Source: Sphingomonas phyllosphaerae
GTDB lineage: Bacteria > Pseudomonadota > Alphaproteobacteria > Sphingomonadales > Sphingomonadaceae
NCBI GenBank assembly: GCA_036946405.1
Contig: JAQIJC010000001.1
Location: forward strand, 3,604,609 to 3,668,608
DNA length: 64,000 nt
Direction: 5' to 3'
The notes under the pieces were generated by a model. That model did not search any database. It was not told the origin of the DNA and saw only the letters and a list, made by a program, of their open reading frames with translations. A program made the position numbers and the translations under genes. Positions 18,632 to 28,264 of this stretch are shown piece after piece. Numbering within the stretch: the stretch's first letter is position 1; each line of letters opens with the position of its first letter.

Positions 18632-20254
18632 TCAATCGCGGTCGGCGATGCGGCGGCGCATGTCGGCGAGTTCGCGGTCGAGCGAGGCCAGCGCCTCGGC
18701 GCGTTGCGCGTCGGTCAGGCCCGTATTGACCGCCAGCCCGGCACGGGCGCTTTCCAGACCGGCCAACGCGGCGCGGAGCGACTGACGACGCAGCTTGTCG
18801 GCGTCGAGGCGGACCCGCATCGCATCCATCTGCGCCGCGTGACGCGCCGCCCACGCCGCCTGTCGCTCGACACGCGCCGATTCGAAGGCGGCCCGACGTT
18901 CGATCTGTGCGGCCTGACGCTGCACGCGCGCGGCGTCGAGCGCGGCCTGTCGGGCGGCATTGCGCCCCAGTTCGGCGTCGCGTGCGCCCAGCTCGGCGAC
19001 GTCGGCGTCGCCGGGCACCGGCGGAACCGGCGGCATCGGCGGCATCGGCGGCACCGGCGGGACCGGCCCGGTGGCGGGCACCGGCGGGGCCGGTGGCGCC
19101 GGCGGCACGGGCGCAGGGTTGGCGGCGAGATACCGTTCGGCCGCGTCCCCGGTGTAGGTGGTGGTACGGCCGTCCCTGGTGACGATGACCGTCGTGTGCC
19201 GGCCCTTGTCCGTCTGCACGCTGATATGGCGGGTGCCCGGCTCCGTCGGCATGTCGGGCACGTCGGGCGTTTCGGGAGTCTCGGGCATCTCCGGCATCGT
19301 CATCTCGATCCCCGTCGCATCTTCCACTCCGGCGCGCACGCGCTCGGCGGCCTGCGTGCCGGAGGCGGTGAAGGCGAGGCCGCCGATCGCCAGCGCCATG
19401 ATCGCCATGCTGCCGGTCGCGGTCTGCGTGCGCGTGGCGTTCTTCTTGCCGAGCATCTTCAGTCTCCCTTTCAGATCCTTGACGGTGTTGAGGTGGCAGG
19501 CCGGCGACACCGCGCGACCGTGCGCGGCCTTGACGATCGCGCAGCCATAAGCGTGGCGCGCCGCCCCACCGGAGCGCGCCAGCACGCGCGCGTCATTGGC
19601 CATTTCCTGATCGGCGCGGAACTTGCGGAAGGCCGTCCACGCCAGCGGGTTGAACCAGTGCAGCGCGAGCACCGCCAGCGCGACCCAATTGGCGACCAGA
19701 TCGCCGCGCGCGTGGTGGCCCAGCTCGTGTTCGAGCGCGAGCGCGCGTTCCTCGGGATCGAAGCGTGCCGCGAAGTCGCGCGGGAAGGCGACGACGCGAT
19801 CGAAGACGCCGAAGGCGAGCGGGCCGTCGGTGGCGGCGCTCTGCACGACGGTGATCGAGCCAACGCGGTCGACCGCGATCCCAAGCCGCAGCACGTTGTA
19901 GCGGAAGCGGAGATAGCCGACCGCCTGCCACACGAGCAGCAGCGCCGCCCCGCCCAGCCACAGGCCCAGCGCGACCGGCGGCCAGCCGAGCGCGGTATGG
20001 GTCGTCTCGACCGGCAGCGTGGCGACCGGATCGCCGAGCATGATGACGATCGGCTCGGGCGCGGGCAGCACCGGCAGCGCCTCGCCGCGCCAGCCCTCGG
20101 GAAGCGGCGGCATCACCATCCGCAGCGCGGGCAGCGCCCACAGCGCATAGGCGACGCGCGCGCCGAACGCGTTGCGGACCGGTCCGCGCAGGACCAGAAC
20201 GGCCAGCATCAGCAGCGCCGACGCCAGCATCGCCTCGAGTGCCCAGCCGATCAT
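18632..20254 (-). CDS. M56 family (BlaR1-like) membrane metalloprotease / signal transducer
   Basis: 540 aa. Multi-TM N-terminus with HELGHHARGD (HExxH). The C-terminal part is Pro-rich (PPAPPAPPVP...PPMPPMPPVPPVP) followed by Ala/Arg/Gln coiled-coil-like repeats. There is no PBP-type sensor. Its ATG overlaps the regulator stop (ATGA). Confidence 0.85.
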   Translation of the reverse strand: MIGWALEAMLASALLMLAVLVLRGPVRNAFGARVAYALWALPALRMVMPPLPEGWRGEALPVLPAPEPIVIMLGDPVATLPVETTHTALGWPPVALGLWLGGAALLLVWQAVGYLRFRYNVLRLGIAVDRVGSITVVQSAATDGPLAFGVFDRVVAFPRDFAARFDPEERALALEHELGHHARGDLVANWVALAVLALHWFNPLAWTAFRKFRADQEMANDARVLARSGGAARHAYGCAIVKAAHGRAVSPACHLNTVKDLKGRLKMLGKKNATRTQTATGSMAIMALAIGGLAFTASGTQAAERVRAGVEDATGIEMTMPEMPETPETPDVPDMPTEPGTRHISVQTDKGRHTTVIVTRDGRTTTYTGDAAERYLAANPAPVPPAPPAPPVPATGPVPPVPPMPPMPPVPPVPGDADVAELGARDAELGRNAARQAALDAARVQRQAAQIERRAAFESARVERQAAWAARHAAQMDAMRVRLDADKLRRQSLRAALAGLESARAGLAVNTGLTDAQRAEALASLDRELADMRRRIADRD

Positions 20255-20619
20255 TGCTTGAGCGCCTTGAGCAGGGCTTCGATCTCGCTGATGTCCTGAT
20301 CGCTGAGCGCGTCGCGTTCGGCGAGGTGCGCTACGAGCGGGGTCAGCCGGCCGCCGAACAGCCGGTCGATCAGTCGTTCGGATTCACGCGCGACATAATC
20401 CTCGCGGCGCACCGCCGGGCTGTAGAGATAGCGGCGGCCGTCGACCTCGTGGCGGACGGCTTCCTTGCCGAGCAGCCGCCCGAGCAGGGTCTTGACGGTG
20501 GCGGCGCTCCAGCCGCGCTCCGGGTCCACCCGCTCGGCCACATCCTGCGCGGTGAGCGGGCTTTCGTCCCACAGCACCTCCATGACCGCATGTTCGGCAT
20601 CGCTGATCCGTTCGACCAC
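20251..20619 (-). CDS. BlaI/MecI/CopY family transcriptional repressor
   Basis: ORF 20251..20637. ...ISDAEHAVMEVLWDESPLTAQDVAERV...WSAATVKTLLGRLLGKEAV... is a winged-helix motif. I prefer GTG 20619, six nt after GGGAG. GTG 20637 is the longest option. Confidence 0.85.
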   Translation of the reverse strand: MVERISDAEHAVMEVLWDESPLTAQDVAERVDPERGWSAATVKTLLGRLLGKEAVRHEVDGRRYLYSPAVRREDYVARESERLIDRLFGGRLTPLVAHLAERDALSDQDISEIEALLKALKQ

Positions 20620-20644
20620 GACTCGCTCCCTCGTCACGCTTATC

Positions 20645-20681
20645 GACTACAGCTGTAATCATGTCGATTACGTCTGTAGTC
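20645..20681. promoter_or_regulatory. two TACA-N-TGTA operator boxes (BlaI-type) overlapping a TTGACT -35
   Basis: GACTACAGCTGTAATC (20645-20660) and GATTACGTCTGTAGTC (20666-20681) are mutual inverted repeats matching 14 of 16. Each contains TACAnnTGTA. On the gene strand TTGACT lies within the distal box. Confidence 0.55.
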
Positions 20682-20715
20682 AATAGCGATTTCACGGGAG
20701 GTGGCCGGTTATTCC

Positions 20716-22368
20716 TTACAGCTTGCGCTGCCGGAGCGCCGTCAGCGTGGTCGCGGGGGTGATTTGCTCGATGTCGGTGCGGCAATGGAGCAGCCGCACC
20801 CCCGACGCGGCGCGCAGCCGGTCGAGCGCGGGGGCGAAGTCGGCGGTGCGCTCGATCGTCTCGGCGGTCGCGCCGTATGCGCGGGCGAGCGCGGCGAAGT
20901 CGGGGTTGTGGAGCCGGGTCGCGGCGGGGCGGTCGGGGTATTCGCGCTCCTGGTGCATCCGGATCGTGCCATAGGTGGCGTTGTCGACGACGATCACGAG
21001 CAGGTCGGCATGGTGCTGGACCGCGGTCGCCAGTTCCTGCCCGTTCATCAGGAAGTCGCCGTCGCCCGCGACCGCGACGACGCTGCGTCCCGGCCGGCGC
21101 AGCGCGGCGGCGACCGCCGCGGGCAGGCCATAGCCCATCGCACCGGCGGTCGGCGCGAGCTGCGTGCCCGGCCCGGCATAGCGCCAGTAGCGGTGCCACC
21201 AGCCCGAGAAATTGCCCGCGCCGTTGCAGATGATCGTATCGCCGGGCAGCGCGTCGCGCATCGCCGCGACGCACGGGCCGAGGTCGAGCGCGACGCCATC
21301 GCGCGGCTGCGGCACCGTCCAGGCCTCGTAATCGCGACGCGCCTCGGCGGCATGCGGGTGCGCACCGCCGTCGAGCGGGACCAGCGCCTCGGCGAACTCC
21401 GCCATGCCGGCGCAGATCGCGAGGTCGGTGGCATAGACGCGGTGCAGCTCCGCCGGATCGGGATGGACGTGCACGAGTCGCTGGCCGGGATGATCGGGGC
21501 TGACGAGCGCATAGCCGTCGGTGGTCGCCTCGCCGAGCCGCGCACCGACCACCAGCAGCAGATCGGCGTCGCGGACGCGCGCGACCAGCGCCGGGTTGGG
21601 GCCATAGCCGAGGTTGCCGGCATAGGCCGGGCAGTCGTTGGCGATCGCGTCCTGGCGGCGGAAGGCGGCGGCGACCGGCACGCCCGCGCGCGTCGCCCAG
21701 TCGGCGAAGGCGTTGGCCGCGGCGGTGTCCCACCCTGCCCCGCCGACGATCGCGAGCGGGCGCTCGGCGGTGGCGAGCAGGTCGCGCAGCCGATCCAGCG
21801 TGTCGGCGTCGACATCCTGCGACACGCGGTCGACGCGCGCGCGATCGGTCGCCTCCACCTTATCGAGCAGCATGTCCTCGGGCAGCGCCAGCACCACCGG
21901 CCCCGGCCGCCCGCTCACCGCGGTGGCATAGGCGCGCGCGACATATTCGGGGATGCGCCGCGCATCGTCGATCCGCGCCGCCCATTTGCACAGGGGCGCG
22001 AACATCGCCGCGAAGTCGATCTCCTGAAACGCCTCGCGGTCGCGGGTGCCGCGGTCGACGTCGCCGATGAACAGGATCATCGGCTGCGAATCCTGATGCG
22101 CGACATGGACGCCGATCGCGGCGTTGGTCGCCCCCGGCCCGCGCGTGACGAAGGCGACGCCGGGGCGGTGCGTCAGCGTGCCGTCGGCACACGCCATGAA
22201 CGCCGCCCCGCCCTCCTGCCGGCACGTCACCACGTCGATCTGGGGCGTGTCGTGGAGCGCATCAAGCACCGCGAGGAAGCTCTCCCCCGGTACGGTGAAC
22301 ACGCGGTCGCAGCCCTGTGCGACGAGCTGGTCGACCAGAATACGGCCACCGGTTCTGAGGCTTGTCAT
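20716..22368 (-). CDS. thiamine pyrophosphate-binding enzyme (acetolactate synthase large subunit-like)
   Basis: ORF 20716..22404 trimmed to ATG 22368 (MTSLRTGGRILVDQLVAQGCDRVFTVPGESFL). TPP motif AVAGDGDFLMNGQEL...VVDNATYG. Confidence 0.85.
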   Translation of the reverse strand: MTSLRTGGRILVDQLVAQGCDRVFTVPGESFLAVLDALHDTPQIDVVTCRQEGGAAFMACADGTLTHRPGVAFVTRGPGATNAAIGVHVAHQDSQPMILFIGDVDRGTRDREAFQEIDFAAMFAPLCKWAARIDDARRIPEYVARAYATAVSGRPGPVVLALPEDMLLDKVEATDRARVDRVSQDVDADTLDRLRDLLATAERPLAIVGGAGWDTAAANAFADWATRAGVPVAAAFRRQDAIANDCPAYAGNLGYGPNPALVARVRDADLLLVVGARLGEATTDGYALVSPDHPGQRLVHVHPDPAELHRVYATDLAICAGMAEFAEALVPLDGGAHPHAAEARRDYEAWTVPQPRDGVALDLGPCVAAMRDALPGDTIICNGAGNFSGWWHRYWRYAGPGTQLAPTAGAMGYGLPAAVAAALRRPGRSVVAVAGDGDFLMNGQELATAVQHHADLLVIVVDNATYGTIRMHQEREYPDRPAATRLHNPDFAALARAYGATAETIERTADFAPALDRLRAASGVRLLHCRTDIEQITPATTLTALRQRKL

Positions 22369-22430
22369 GGGCGGGCAGCCTAGAGGGAAGCGAAGGTGCC
22401 GCAAGGGGGTTGTGGTCTAGCCCTTCCACG

Positions 22431-22461
22431 CCGTCGCCCCGGACCTGATCCGGGATGACGG
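22431..22461. repeat. Hairpin repeat, family C (single-arm copy)
   Basis: CCGTCGCCCCGGACCTGATCCGGGATGACGG. Confidence 0.7.
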
Positions 22462-22573
22462 AAGGGGCGGCGGGGCCGTTGCCTTCGCGGTGCCGCGCGC
22501 TAAGGAGCGGGGGTGTGCGGCACGGGGCACCGTGGCGCGCGCGATCCGAGGGCCGGACGGGAGTGGGCAAGCC

Positions 22574-23287
22574 GTGGTCGATAAGGTGTATGACGATGCC
22601 GCCGCCGCACTGGACGGGCTGCTGTTCGACGGGATGACGATCTGCGCCGGCGGGTTCGGGCTGTGCGGCATCCCCGAGCGGTTGATCGACGCGATCCGCG
22701 ACGCGGGCACCAGGGACCTGACGATCGCGAGCAACAATGCCGGGGTCGATGGCGAAGGGCTCGGCAAGCTGCTGCGCACGCGGCAGGTGAAGAAGATGAT
22801 TTCTTCCTATGTCGGCGAGAACAAGGAGTTCGAGCGGCAATTCCTGTCCGGCGAGCTGGAGGTGGAATTCTGCCCGCAGGGCACGCTGGCGGAACGGTGC
22901 CGCGCGGGCGGCGCGGGCATCCCCGGCTTCTACACCAGGACGGGCGTCGGTACGCAGGTCGCCGAGGGCAAGGAAGTGAAGGTCTTCGACGGCGAGGAGT
23001 ATATCCTCGAACGCGGCATCCGCGCCGACCTGTCGATCATCAAGGGCTGGAAGGCCGACGAGAGCGGCAACCTGATCTTCCGCAAGACCGCGCGCAACTT
23101 CAACCAGCCGATGGCGACCGCGGGCCGGATCTGCGTCGCCGAGGTGGAGGAAGTGGTGCCGGTCGGCACACTCGACCCCGATCACATCCACCTGCCCGGC
23201 ATCTATGTGAAGCGGATGATCGTCGGCAGCCCCTACGAGAAGAAGATCGAGTTCCGCACCACCCGCCCGCGCGTGCAGACAGCGTGA
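22574..23287 (+). CDS. scoA: 3-oxoacid CoA-transferase subunit A
   Basis: ORF 22490..23287 trimmed to GTG 22574 ((M)[34 protein letters not shown]...[13 protein letters not shown]...). This gives the typical length of about 237 aa. Confidence 0.9.
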   Translation: MVDKVYDDAAAALDGLLFDGMTICAGGFGLCGIPERLIDAIRDAGTRDLTIASNNAGVDGEGLGKLLRTRQVKKMISSYVGENKEFERQFLSGELEVEFCPQGTLAERCRAGGAGIPGFYTRTGVGTQVAEGKEVKVFDGEEYILERGIRADLSIIKGWKADESGNLIFRKTARNFNQPMATAGRICVAEVEEVVPVGTLDPDHIHLPGIYVKRMIVGSPYEKKIEFRTTRPRVQTA

Positions 23288-24231
23288 AGCGCGCGGGCGT
23301 CCTGCTGGCGCTCGCCGCGACGCTCGGCGGATGCGCGGCGCAGCGGCGGGTGCTGCTCGGGCGGCCGAGCGCGCCGGTGCTGGCGGTCGATCCGCCCACG
23401 CCGCCGGGCGTACCGCCCGCGATGGCATGGCTGTACGGTTCCGGCGAAGCGGCGGCGCTGTCGGAGCAGGCGTATAACGGCATGGTCCGTTATGTCCGCG
23501 ACGTGCTTACTGTCGCACGCGACCGGCGCGGGCGGCTGCCGTCGCAGCGCGCCGCTGGGACGCTGCCGCGCTGGCCGGCGTCGGTGGTGCTCGCGCCCGG
23601 CGCGACCGCGGCGAGCGCGGAGACGGTGCCGTGCGGGACGCTGCCGCCCGCGGTGGTGCTCGACATGGACGAAACCGCGGTGCTCAACCTCGGCTACGAA
23701 TATGACGATGCGCAGACCGCGCGCGGCTTCGACCAAAAGCGTTGGGAGCGCTGGGAACAGGCCGGCGCGACACGCGTGGCCGCGGTGCCGGGGGCGGTGG
23801 CGGCGTTCCATGCGTTGCGCGCGATGGGGGTGACGATGGTCATCAACACCAACCGCTCGATCACCAATGCCGAGGCGACTGCGCAGGCGCTGACGAACGC
23901 CGGGCTCGGGGAGTTCCGGCACGGCGAGACATTGTTCCTGAAGGGCGATGCCGACGGCAAGTCGGGCAAGGACGGGCGGCGCGCAGCGATCGCGGCGAAA
24001 TATTGCGTCGTCGCTTTGGCCGGCGACCAGCTCGGCGACTTCGCCGACCTCTTCAACCCGCCCGGCCCGGCCCCCGCGGTCGGACGGCGGATGCTGACCG
24101 CGGTCGCGCCGATCGAGGCGCGTTGGGGCAATGGCTGGTTCGTATTGCCCAACCCCGTCTACGGCACAGGGCTGGGCAGTGGCTGGGACGAGACCTTCCC
24201 GGCCGACAAACGCTGGAAGGACGTGCCATGA
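23284..24231 (+). CDS. HAD-IIIB acid phosphatase / 5'-nucleotidase, lipoprotein e(P4)-like
   Basis: Last 315 codons of ORF 22663..24231. GTG 23284 overlaps the scoA TGA (GTGA). Lipobox [11 protein letters not shown] motif [13 protein letters not shown]. Motif [11 protein letters not shown]. Confidence 0.8.
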   Translation: MKRAGVLLALAATLGGCAAQRRVLLGRPSAPVLAVDPPTPPGVPPAMAWLYGSGEAAALSEQAYNGMVRYVRDVLTVARDRRGRLPSQRAAGTLPRWPASVVLAPGATAASAETVPCGTLPPAVVLDMDETAVLNLGYEYDDAQTARGFDQKRWERWEQAGATRVAAVPGAVAAFHALRAMGVTMVINTNRSITNAEATAQALTNAGLGEFRHGETLFLKGDADGKSGKDGRRAAIAAKYCVVALAGDQLGDFADLFNPPGPAPAVGRRMLTAVAPIEARWGNGWFVLPNPVYGTGLGSGWDETFPADKRWKDVP

Positions 24232-24542
24232 CCGACGAACCCAAGGGCGCGATTTCGCTGGAGCATGGCGACGTGCTGACCGACCGTTCGGCGGAGGTCG
24301 CGCGGATCTGGGTCACCGATGGCGCGGGCGCGTCGGTGTGGATCAACGCGGGCGTGCTCGATGACGCGGAGGTGTTCGGCTATCTGATGGCCGACACCGT
24401 CCGCCACGCCGCGCGCGCCTATGCCGGCACTTACGGCATGACCGAGGACGAAGCGTTGCAGGCGATCGTCGCCGGGCTGAGCGCGCAATTGCGCGAGCAG
24501 GCGACCGAGATCACCACCATCCAGAACGGGAGCCTGAACTGA
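24228..24542 (+). CDS. DUF5076-like small protein
   Basis: Last 104 codons of ORF 23742..24542. ATG 24228 overlaps the upstream TGA (ATGA). [65 protein letters not shown].... The family call is from memory. Confidence 0.7.
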   Translation: MTDEPKGAISLEHGDVLTDRSAEVARIWVTDGAGASVWINAGVLDDAEVFGYLMADTVRHAARAYAGTYGMTEDEALQAIVAGLSAQLREQATEITTIQNGSLN

Positions 24543-25192
24543 TGTCGCAGGAAGCGAAGGGCTGGGATCGCAACGGCATGGCGGCGCGCGCCGCGCGCGA
24601 GCTGAAGGACGGTTATTACGTCAACCTCGGGATCGGCATTCCGACCCTGGTCGCCAACAACATCCCCGACGGGATGACAGTGACGCTCCAGTCCGAAAAC
24701 GGGATGCTGGGCATCGGGCCGTTCCCCTATGACGACGAGGTCGATCCCGACCTGATCAACGCCGGCAAGCAGACGATCAGCGAGTTGCCCTCCTCGGCCT
24801 ATTTCGGCAGCGAGCAGAGCTTCGCGATGATCCGCGGCGGGCATATCGACCTGACCGTGCTGGGCGCGATGGAAGTGTCCGAGGGCGGCGACATCGCCAA
24901 TTGGATGATCCCCGGCAAGATGATCAAGGGCATGGGCGGCGCGATGGATCTGGTCGCGGGCGTCAAGAAGATCATCGTCGTGATGGAGCATGTCTCCAAG
25001 GATGGCAGCCCGAAGTTCCTGCCCGCCTGTTCGCTGCCGCTGACCGGGAAGAACGTCGTCGACATGATCGTCACCGATCTGGCGGTGTTCCAGCGCCCCG
25101 ATCACGACTCGCCGTTCCGGCTGGTCGAGCTGGCGCCGGGCGTCACCGCGGACGAGGTCGCGGCGAAGACGGCGGCGCGATACGAGGTTTGA
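24542..25192 (+). CDS. scoB: 3-oxoacid CoA-transferase subunit B
   Basis: [37 protein letters not shown]...SENGMLG...GAMDLV. The ATG shares one nt with the upstream TGA. Confidence 0.9.
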   Translation: MSQEAKGWDRNGMAARAARELKDGYYVNLGIGIPTLVANNIPDGMTVTLQSENGMLGIGPFPYDDEVDPDLINAGKQTISELPSSAYFGSEQSFAMIRGGHIDLTVLGAMEVSEGGDIANWMIPGKMIKGMGGAMDLVAGVKKIIVVMEHVSKDGSPKFLPACSLPLTGKNVVDMIVTDLAVFQRPDHDSPFRLVELAPGVTADEVAAKTAARYEV

Positions 25193-25196
25193 GGCG

Positions 25197-25889
25197 ATGG
25201 CCTATACGCTGATCACCGCAAATCGGAATTATTCGAGCTGGTCGCTGCGGCCGTGGGTGTTGATGACCTCCCTCGGCATCGCCTTCGAGGATCGCATCGA
25301 ACCGTTCGCGGCGATGGACAATTACGATGCGTTCCGCGCCTTCTCGCCGACCGGGCAGGTGCCGGTGCTGATCGACGGCGAGCGGACAGTGTGGGATTCG
25401 CTCGGGATCGCGCTCTATCTCGGCGAGCGGCATGACGGCGTATGGCCGACCGGCGCGGCGGCGCGTGCGTGGGCGATGTGCGCCGCGACCGAGATGCACG
25501 GCGGGTTCGGCGCGTTGCGGCGCGAACGGGCGATGACGGTCGGGCAGCGCGTGACGCCGCACGCCACCTCGCCGCGACTCGCGCGCGAGGTCGCGCGGCT
25601 GGCGGAGTTGTGGGAAGAAGGGCTGACGCGGTTCGGCGGCCCGTTTCTGGCGGGCGAGCGCTTCGGTGCGGTCGATGCGTTCTTCGCGCCGGTGGTGTTC
25701 CGGGTGCGGACCTATGGCATCGACGTCGGTGCGGCGGGCGCGGAATGGGTCAAGCGGATGCTGAAGCAACCGGCGATGCGCGCGTGGGAAGATGCTGCGT
25801 TGGCGGAGACGTTCCGCGAGGCGTCGCATGAGGCGGAAGTGGCGGCGGTCGGCGTAGTGACCGAGGATCGTCGGGCGTCTTCAACGTAA
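25197..25889 (+). CDS. glutathione S-transferase family protein
   Basis: MAYTLITANRNYSSWSLRPWVLM...GQVPVLIDGERTVWDSLGIALYL. This is a GST N-terminal thioredoxin-like motif. Confidence 0.85.
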   Translation: MAYTLITANRNYSSWSLRPWVLMTSLGIAFEDRIEPFAAMDNYDAFRAFSPTGQVPVLIDGERTVWDSLGIALYLGERHDGVWPTGAAARAWAMCAATEMHGGFGALRRERAMTVGQRVTPHATSPRLAREVARLAELWEEGLTRFGGPFLAGERFGAVDAFFAPVVFRVRTYGIDVGAAGAEWVKRMLKQPAMRAWEDAALAETFREASHEAEVAAVGVVTEDRRASST

Positions 25890-25915
25890 AAGATTACGAA
25901 GCCGGCTCTCTCTTT

Positions 25916-25993
25916 CGTCATTGCGAGCGGAGCGAAGCAATCCGGGGCGTCCTGGTTCAACCCTGGATTGCTTCGCTACGCTCGCAATGACGG
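25916..25993. repeat. Hairpin repeat, family B
   Basis: CGTCATTGCGAGCGGAGCGAAGCAATCC-loop-GGATTGCTTCGCTACGCTCGCAATGACGG. Confidence 0.85.
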
Positions 25994-26079
25994 CGGAGGG
26001 CGACGCCCCCCGTCGTCCACGCCATTTTGTTACGCGCGAACTTGGATGCGCGATGCTTTTCGGTTAACAGCCGCGGATC

Positions 26080-27510
26080 ATGTCCTCCGCTCCCCGCACA
26101 TTGTACGAGAAGGTCTGGGACGCTCACGTGGTCGAGCGTCGCGACGATGGTTCCTGCCTGATCTATATCGACCGGCACCTCGTCCATGAGGTGACCAGCC
26201 CGCAGGCGTTTGAGGGGCTCCGCGCCGCCGGACGCCGGGTGCGGCGCCCCGACCTGACGCTCGCGGTGCCCGATCACAACCTGCCGACCACCGCGCGCGT
26301 CGATGCGAACGGGCACGAGTTGCCGATCGCCGATCGCGAGAGTGCCGAGCAACTGGGCGCACTGCGCCACAACGTCGCCGCGTTCGGCGTGCCCTATATC
26401 GATGCGCTGTCGGCCAAGCAGGGCATCGTCCATGTCGTCGGACCGGAACAGGGCTTCACCTTGCCCGGCACGACGATGGTGTGCGGCGATAGCCATACCT
26501 CGGCGCATGGCGCGCTGGGCGCGCTCGCGTTCGGGATCGGCACCAGCGAGGTCGAGCATGTGCTCGCGACGCAGACGCTGATCCTGTCGCCGTCGAAGAC
26601 GATGGAAGTGCGCGTCGACGGCACGCTCGGCTTCGGGGTCAGCGCCAAGGACGTCGTGCTGGCGATCATCGGCAAGATCGGCGCGGCCGGCGGCACTGGC
26701 CATGTCATCGAATTCACCGGCGAGGTGATCCGCAACCTGTCAGTCGAGGGGCGGCTGACGATCGCCAATATGTCGATCGAGGGCGGTGCGCGCGCCGGGA
26801 TGATCGCGCCCGACGAGACGACCTTCGCCTATCTGAAGGGTCGTCCACTCGCGCCGCAGGGCGCGGATTGGGACAAGGCGGTCGCGTGGTGGCGGACGCT
26901 GCCGAGCGATGCAGGCGCGCGCTACGACAAGAGCGTGGTGCTCAACGCCGCCGACATCGCGCCTTCGCTGACGTGGGGCACCAGCCCCGAGGATGTCGTG
27001 CCGATCACCGGCTTCGTCCCCGCGCCCGACAGCTTCGCCGACCCGTCGAAGCGCGAGGCGGCGCAGAAGTCGCTCGATTACATGGGGCTGACCCCAGGCA
27101 TGCGGATGCAGGACGTGCCGGTCCAGCATGTCTTCATCGGCAGCTGCACCAACAGCCGCATCGAGGACCTGCGCGCCGCCGCCGGGGTGGCGAGCGGCCG
27201 GCACGTCGCCGACGGCGTGCACGCGATGGTCGTGCCCGGCTCGGGACTGGTCAAGCGGCAGGCGGAGGCCGAGGGGCTCGATCGCATCTTCACCGAGGCC
27301 GGGTTCGAGTGGCGCGAGCCGGGCTGCTCGATGTGTCTGGCGATGAACCCCGACAAGGTCCCGCCGGGTGAGCGCTGCGCCTCGACCAGCAATAGAAATT
27401 TCGTGGGACGTCAAGGACCTGGCGCCCGCACCCATTTGTTGTCGCCGGCAATGGCGGCGGCGGCCGCGGTCACCGGACGGCTCGCCGACGTGCGCGAACT
27501 GATGGGTTGA
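26080..27510 (+). CDS. leuC: 3-isopropylmalate dehydratase large subunit
   Basis: [18 protein letters not shown]...[16 protein letters not shown]...[12 protein letters not shown]...[11 protein letters not shown]...CSMCLAMN. Confidence 0.95.
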   Translation: MSSAPRTLYEKVWDAHVVERRDDGSCLIYIDRHLVHEVTSPQAFEGLRAAGRRVRRPDLTLAVPDHNLPTTARVDANGHELPIADRESAEQLGALRHNVAAFGVPYIDALSAKQGIVHVVGPEQGFTLPGTTMVCGDSHTSAHGALGALAFGIGTSEVEHVLATQTLILSPSKTMEVRVDGTLGFGVSAKDVVLAIIGKIGAAGGTGHVIEFTGEVIRNLSVEGRLTIANMSIEGGARAGMIAPDETTFAYLKGRPLAPQGADWDKAVAWWRTLPSDAGARYDKSVVLNAADIAPSLTWGTSPEDVVPITGFVPAPDSFADPSKREAAQKSLDYMGLTPGMRMQDVPVQHVFIGSCTNSRIEDLRAAAGVASGRHVADGVHAMVVPGSGLVKRQAEAEGLDRIFTEAGFEWREPGCSMCLAMNPDKVPPGERCASTSNRNFVGRQGPGARTHLLSPAMAAAAAVTGRLADVRELMG

Positions 27511-27527
27511 GGATAAGGGGACGCGAC

Positions 27528-27635
27528 ATGAAGAAGGTTTTCATTTTCCTGATCGCCGGCTCGGTGCTGAGCGGTGTCGCCGCTTATGCCGCGATCGCGC
27601 GCCCGGCGATCCCGGCCAGCCGACCGGCGCGCTGA
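27528..27635 (+). CDS. candidate 35-codon hydrophobic micro-ORF between leuC and leuD
   Basis: ATG 27528 follows [41 protein letters not shown]. Its TGA shares a base with the leuD ATG (TGATG). The 5' codons are unusually AT-rich for this genome. Confidence 0.35.
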   Translation: MKKVFIFLIAGSVLSGVAAYAAIARPAIPASRPAR

Positions 27636-28264
27636 TGGAGCCGGTCACGCGCGTTGCGGGCACCGCTTATCCCTGGGGTGCCAAGAATATCGACACCGAC
27701 GTCATCATCCCGGCGCATTGGCTGAAGACGATCAAGCGCTCGGGGCTGGGCAAGGGCGCGTTCGAGACGGTGCGCGCACAGCCGGGCAACATCTTCGACG
27801 ATCCGCGCTACGCCGGCGCGCCGATCCTGATCGCGGGCGACAATTTCGGCTGCGGGTCGAGCCGCGAACATGCCGCCTGGGCGCTGGGCGACATGGGGAT
27901 CAAGGCGGTGATCGCGCCGAGCTTCTCCGACATCTTCTCGGGCAATGCGTTCAAGAACGGCATCGTCCCGGTCGTGCTGCCGCAGGAGGCGGTCGACCGG
28001 CTGATCGAGGTGGCGAAAAGCGATCCGGTCATCGTCGATCTGGAGATGATGACCGTCACCACCCCCTATCAGGACCGCTTCCCCTTCGAACTGGACGCCT
28101 TTCGCCGTCGCTGCCTGATGGAAGGGCTGGACGAGGTCGGGCTGACACTGGCAAAGGATACCGCGATTTCGAAATTCGAGGAGCGGCTCGACGACGAGCG
28201 GCCCTGGATCAAGGGAGAGCGGGTGGATGCGGGCTTTGCTGTCGAGGGCGCCGGGCGGACCTGA
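27635..28264 (+). CDS. leuD: 3-isopropylmalate dehydratase small subunit
   Basis: [33 protein letters not shown]...[17 protein letters not shown]. Confidence 0.95.
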   Translation: MEPVTRVAGTAYPWGAKNIDTDVIIPAHWLKTIKRSGLGKGAFETVRAQPGNIFDDPRYAGAPILIAGDNFGCGSSREHAAWALGDMGIKAVIAPSFSDIFSGNAFKNGIVPVVLPQEAVDRLIEVAKSDPVIVDLEMMTVTTPYQDRFPFELDAFRRRCLMEGLDEVGLTLAKDTAISKFEERLDDERPWIKGERVDAGFAVEGAGRT

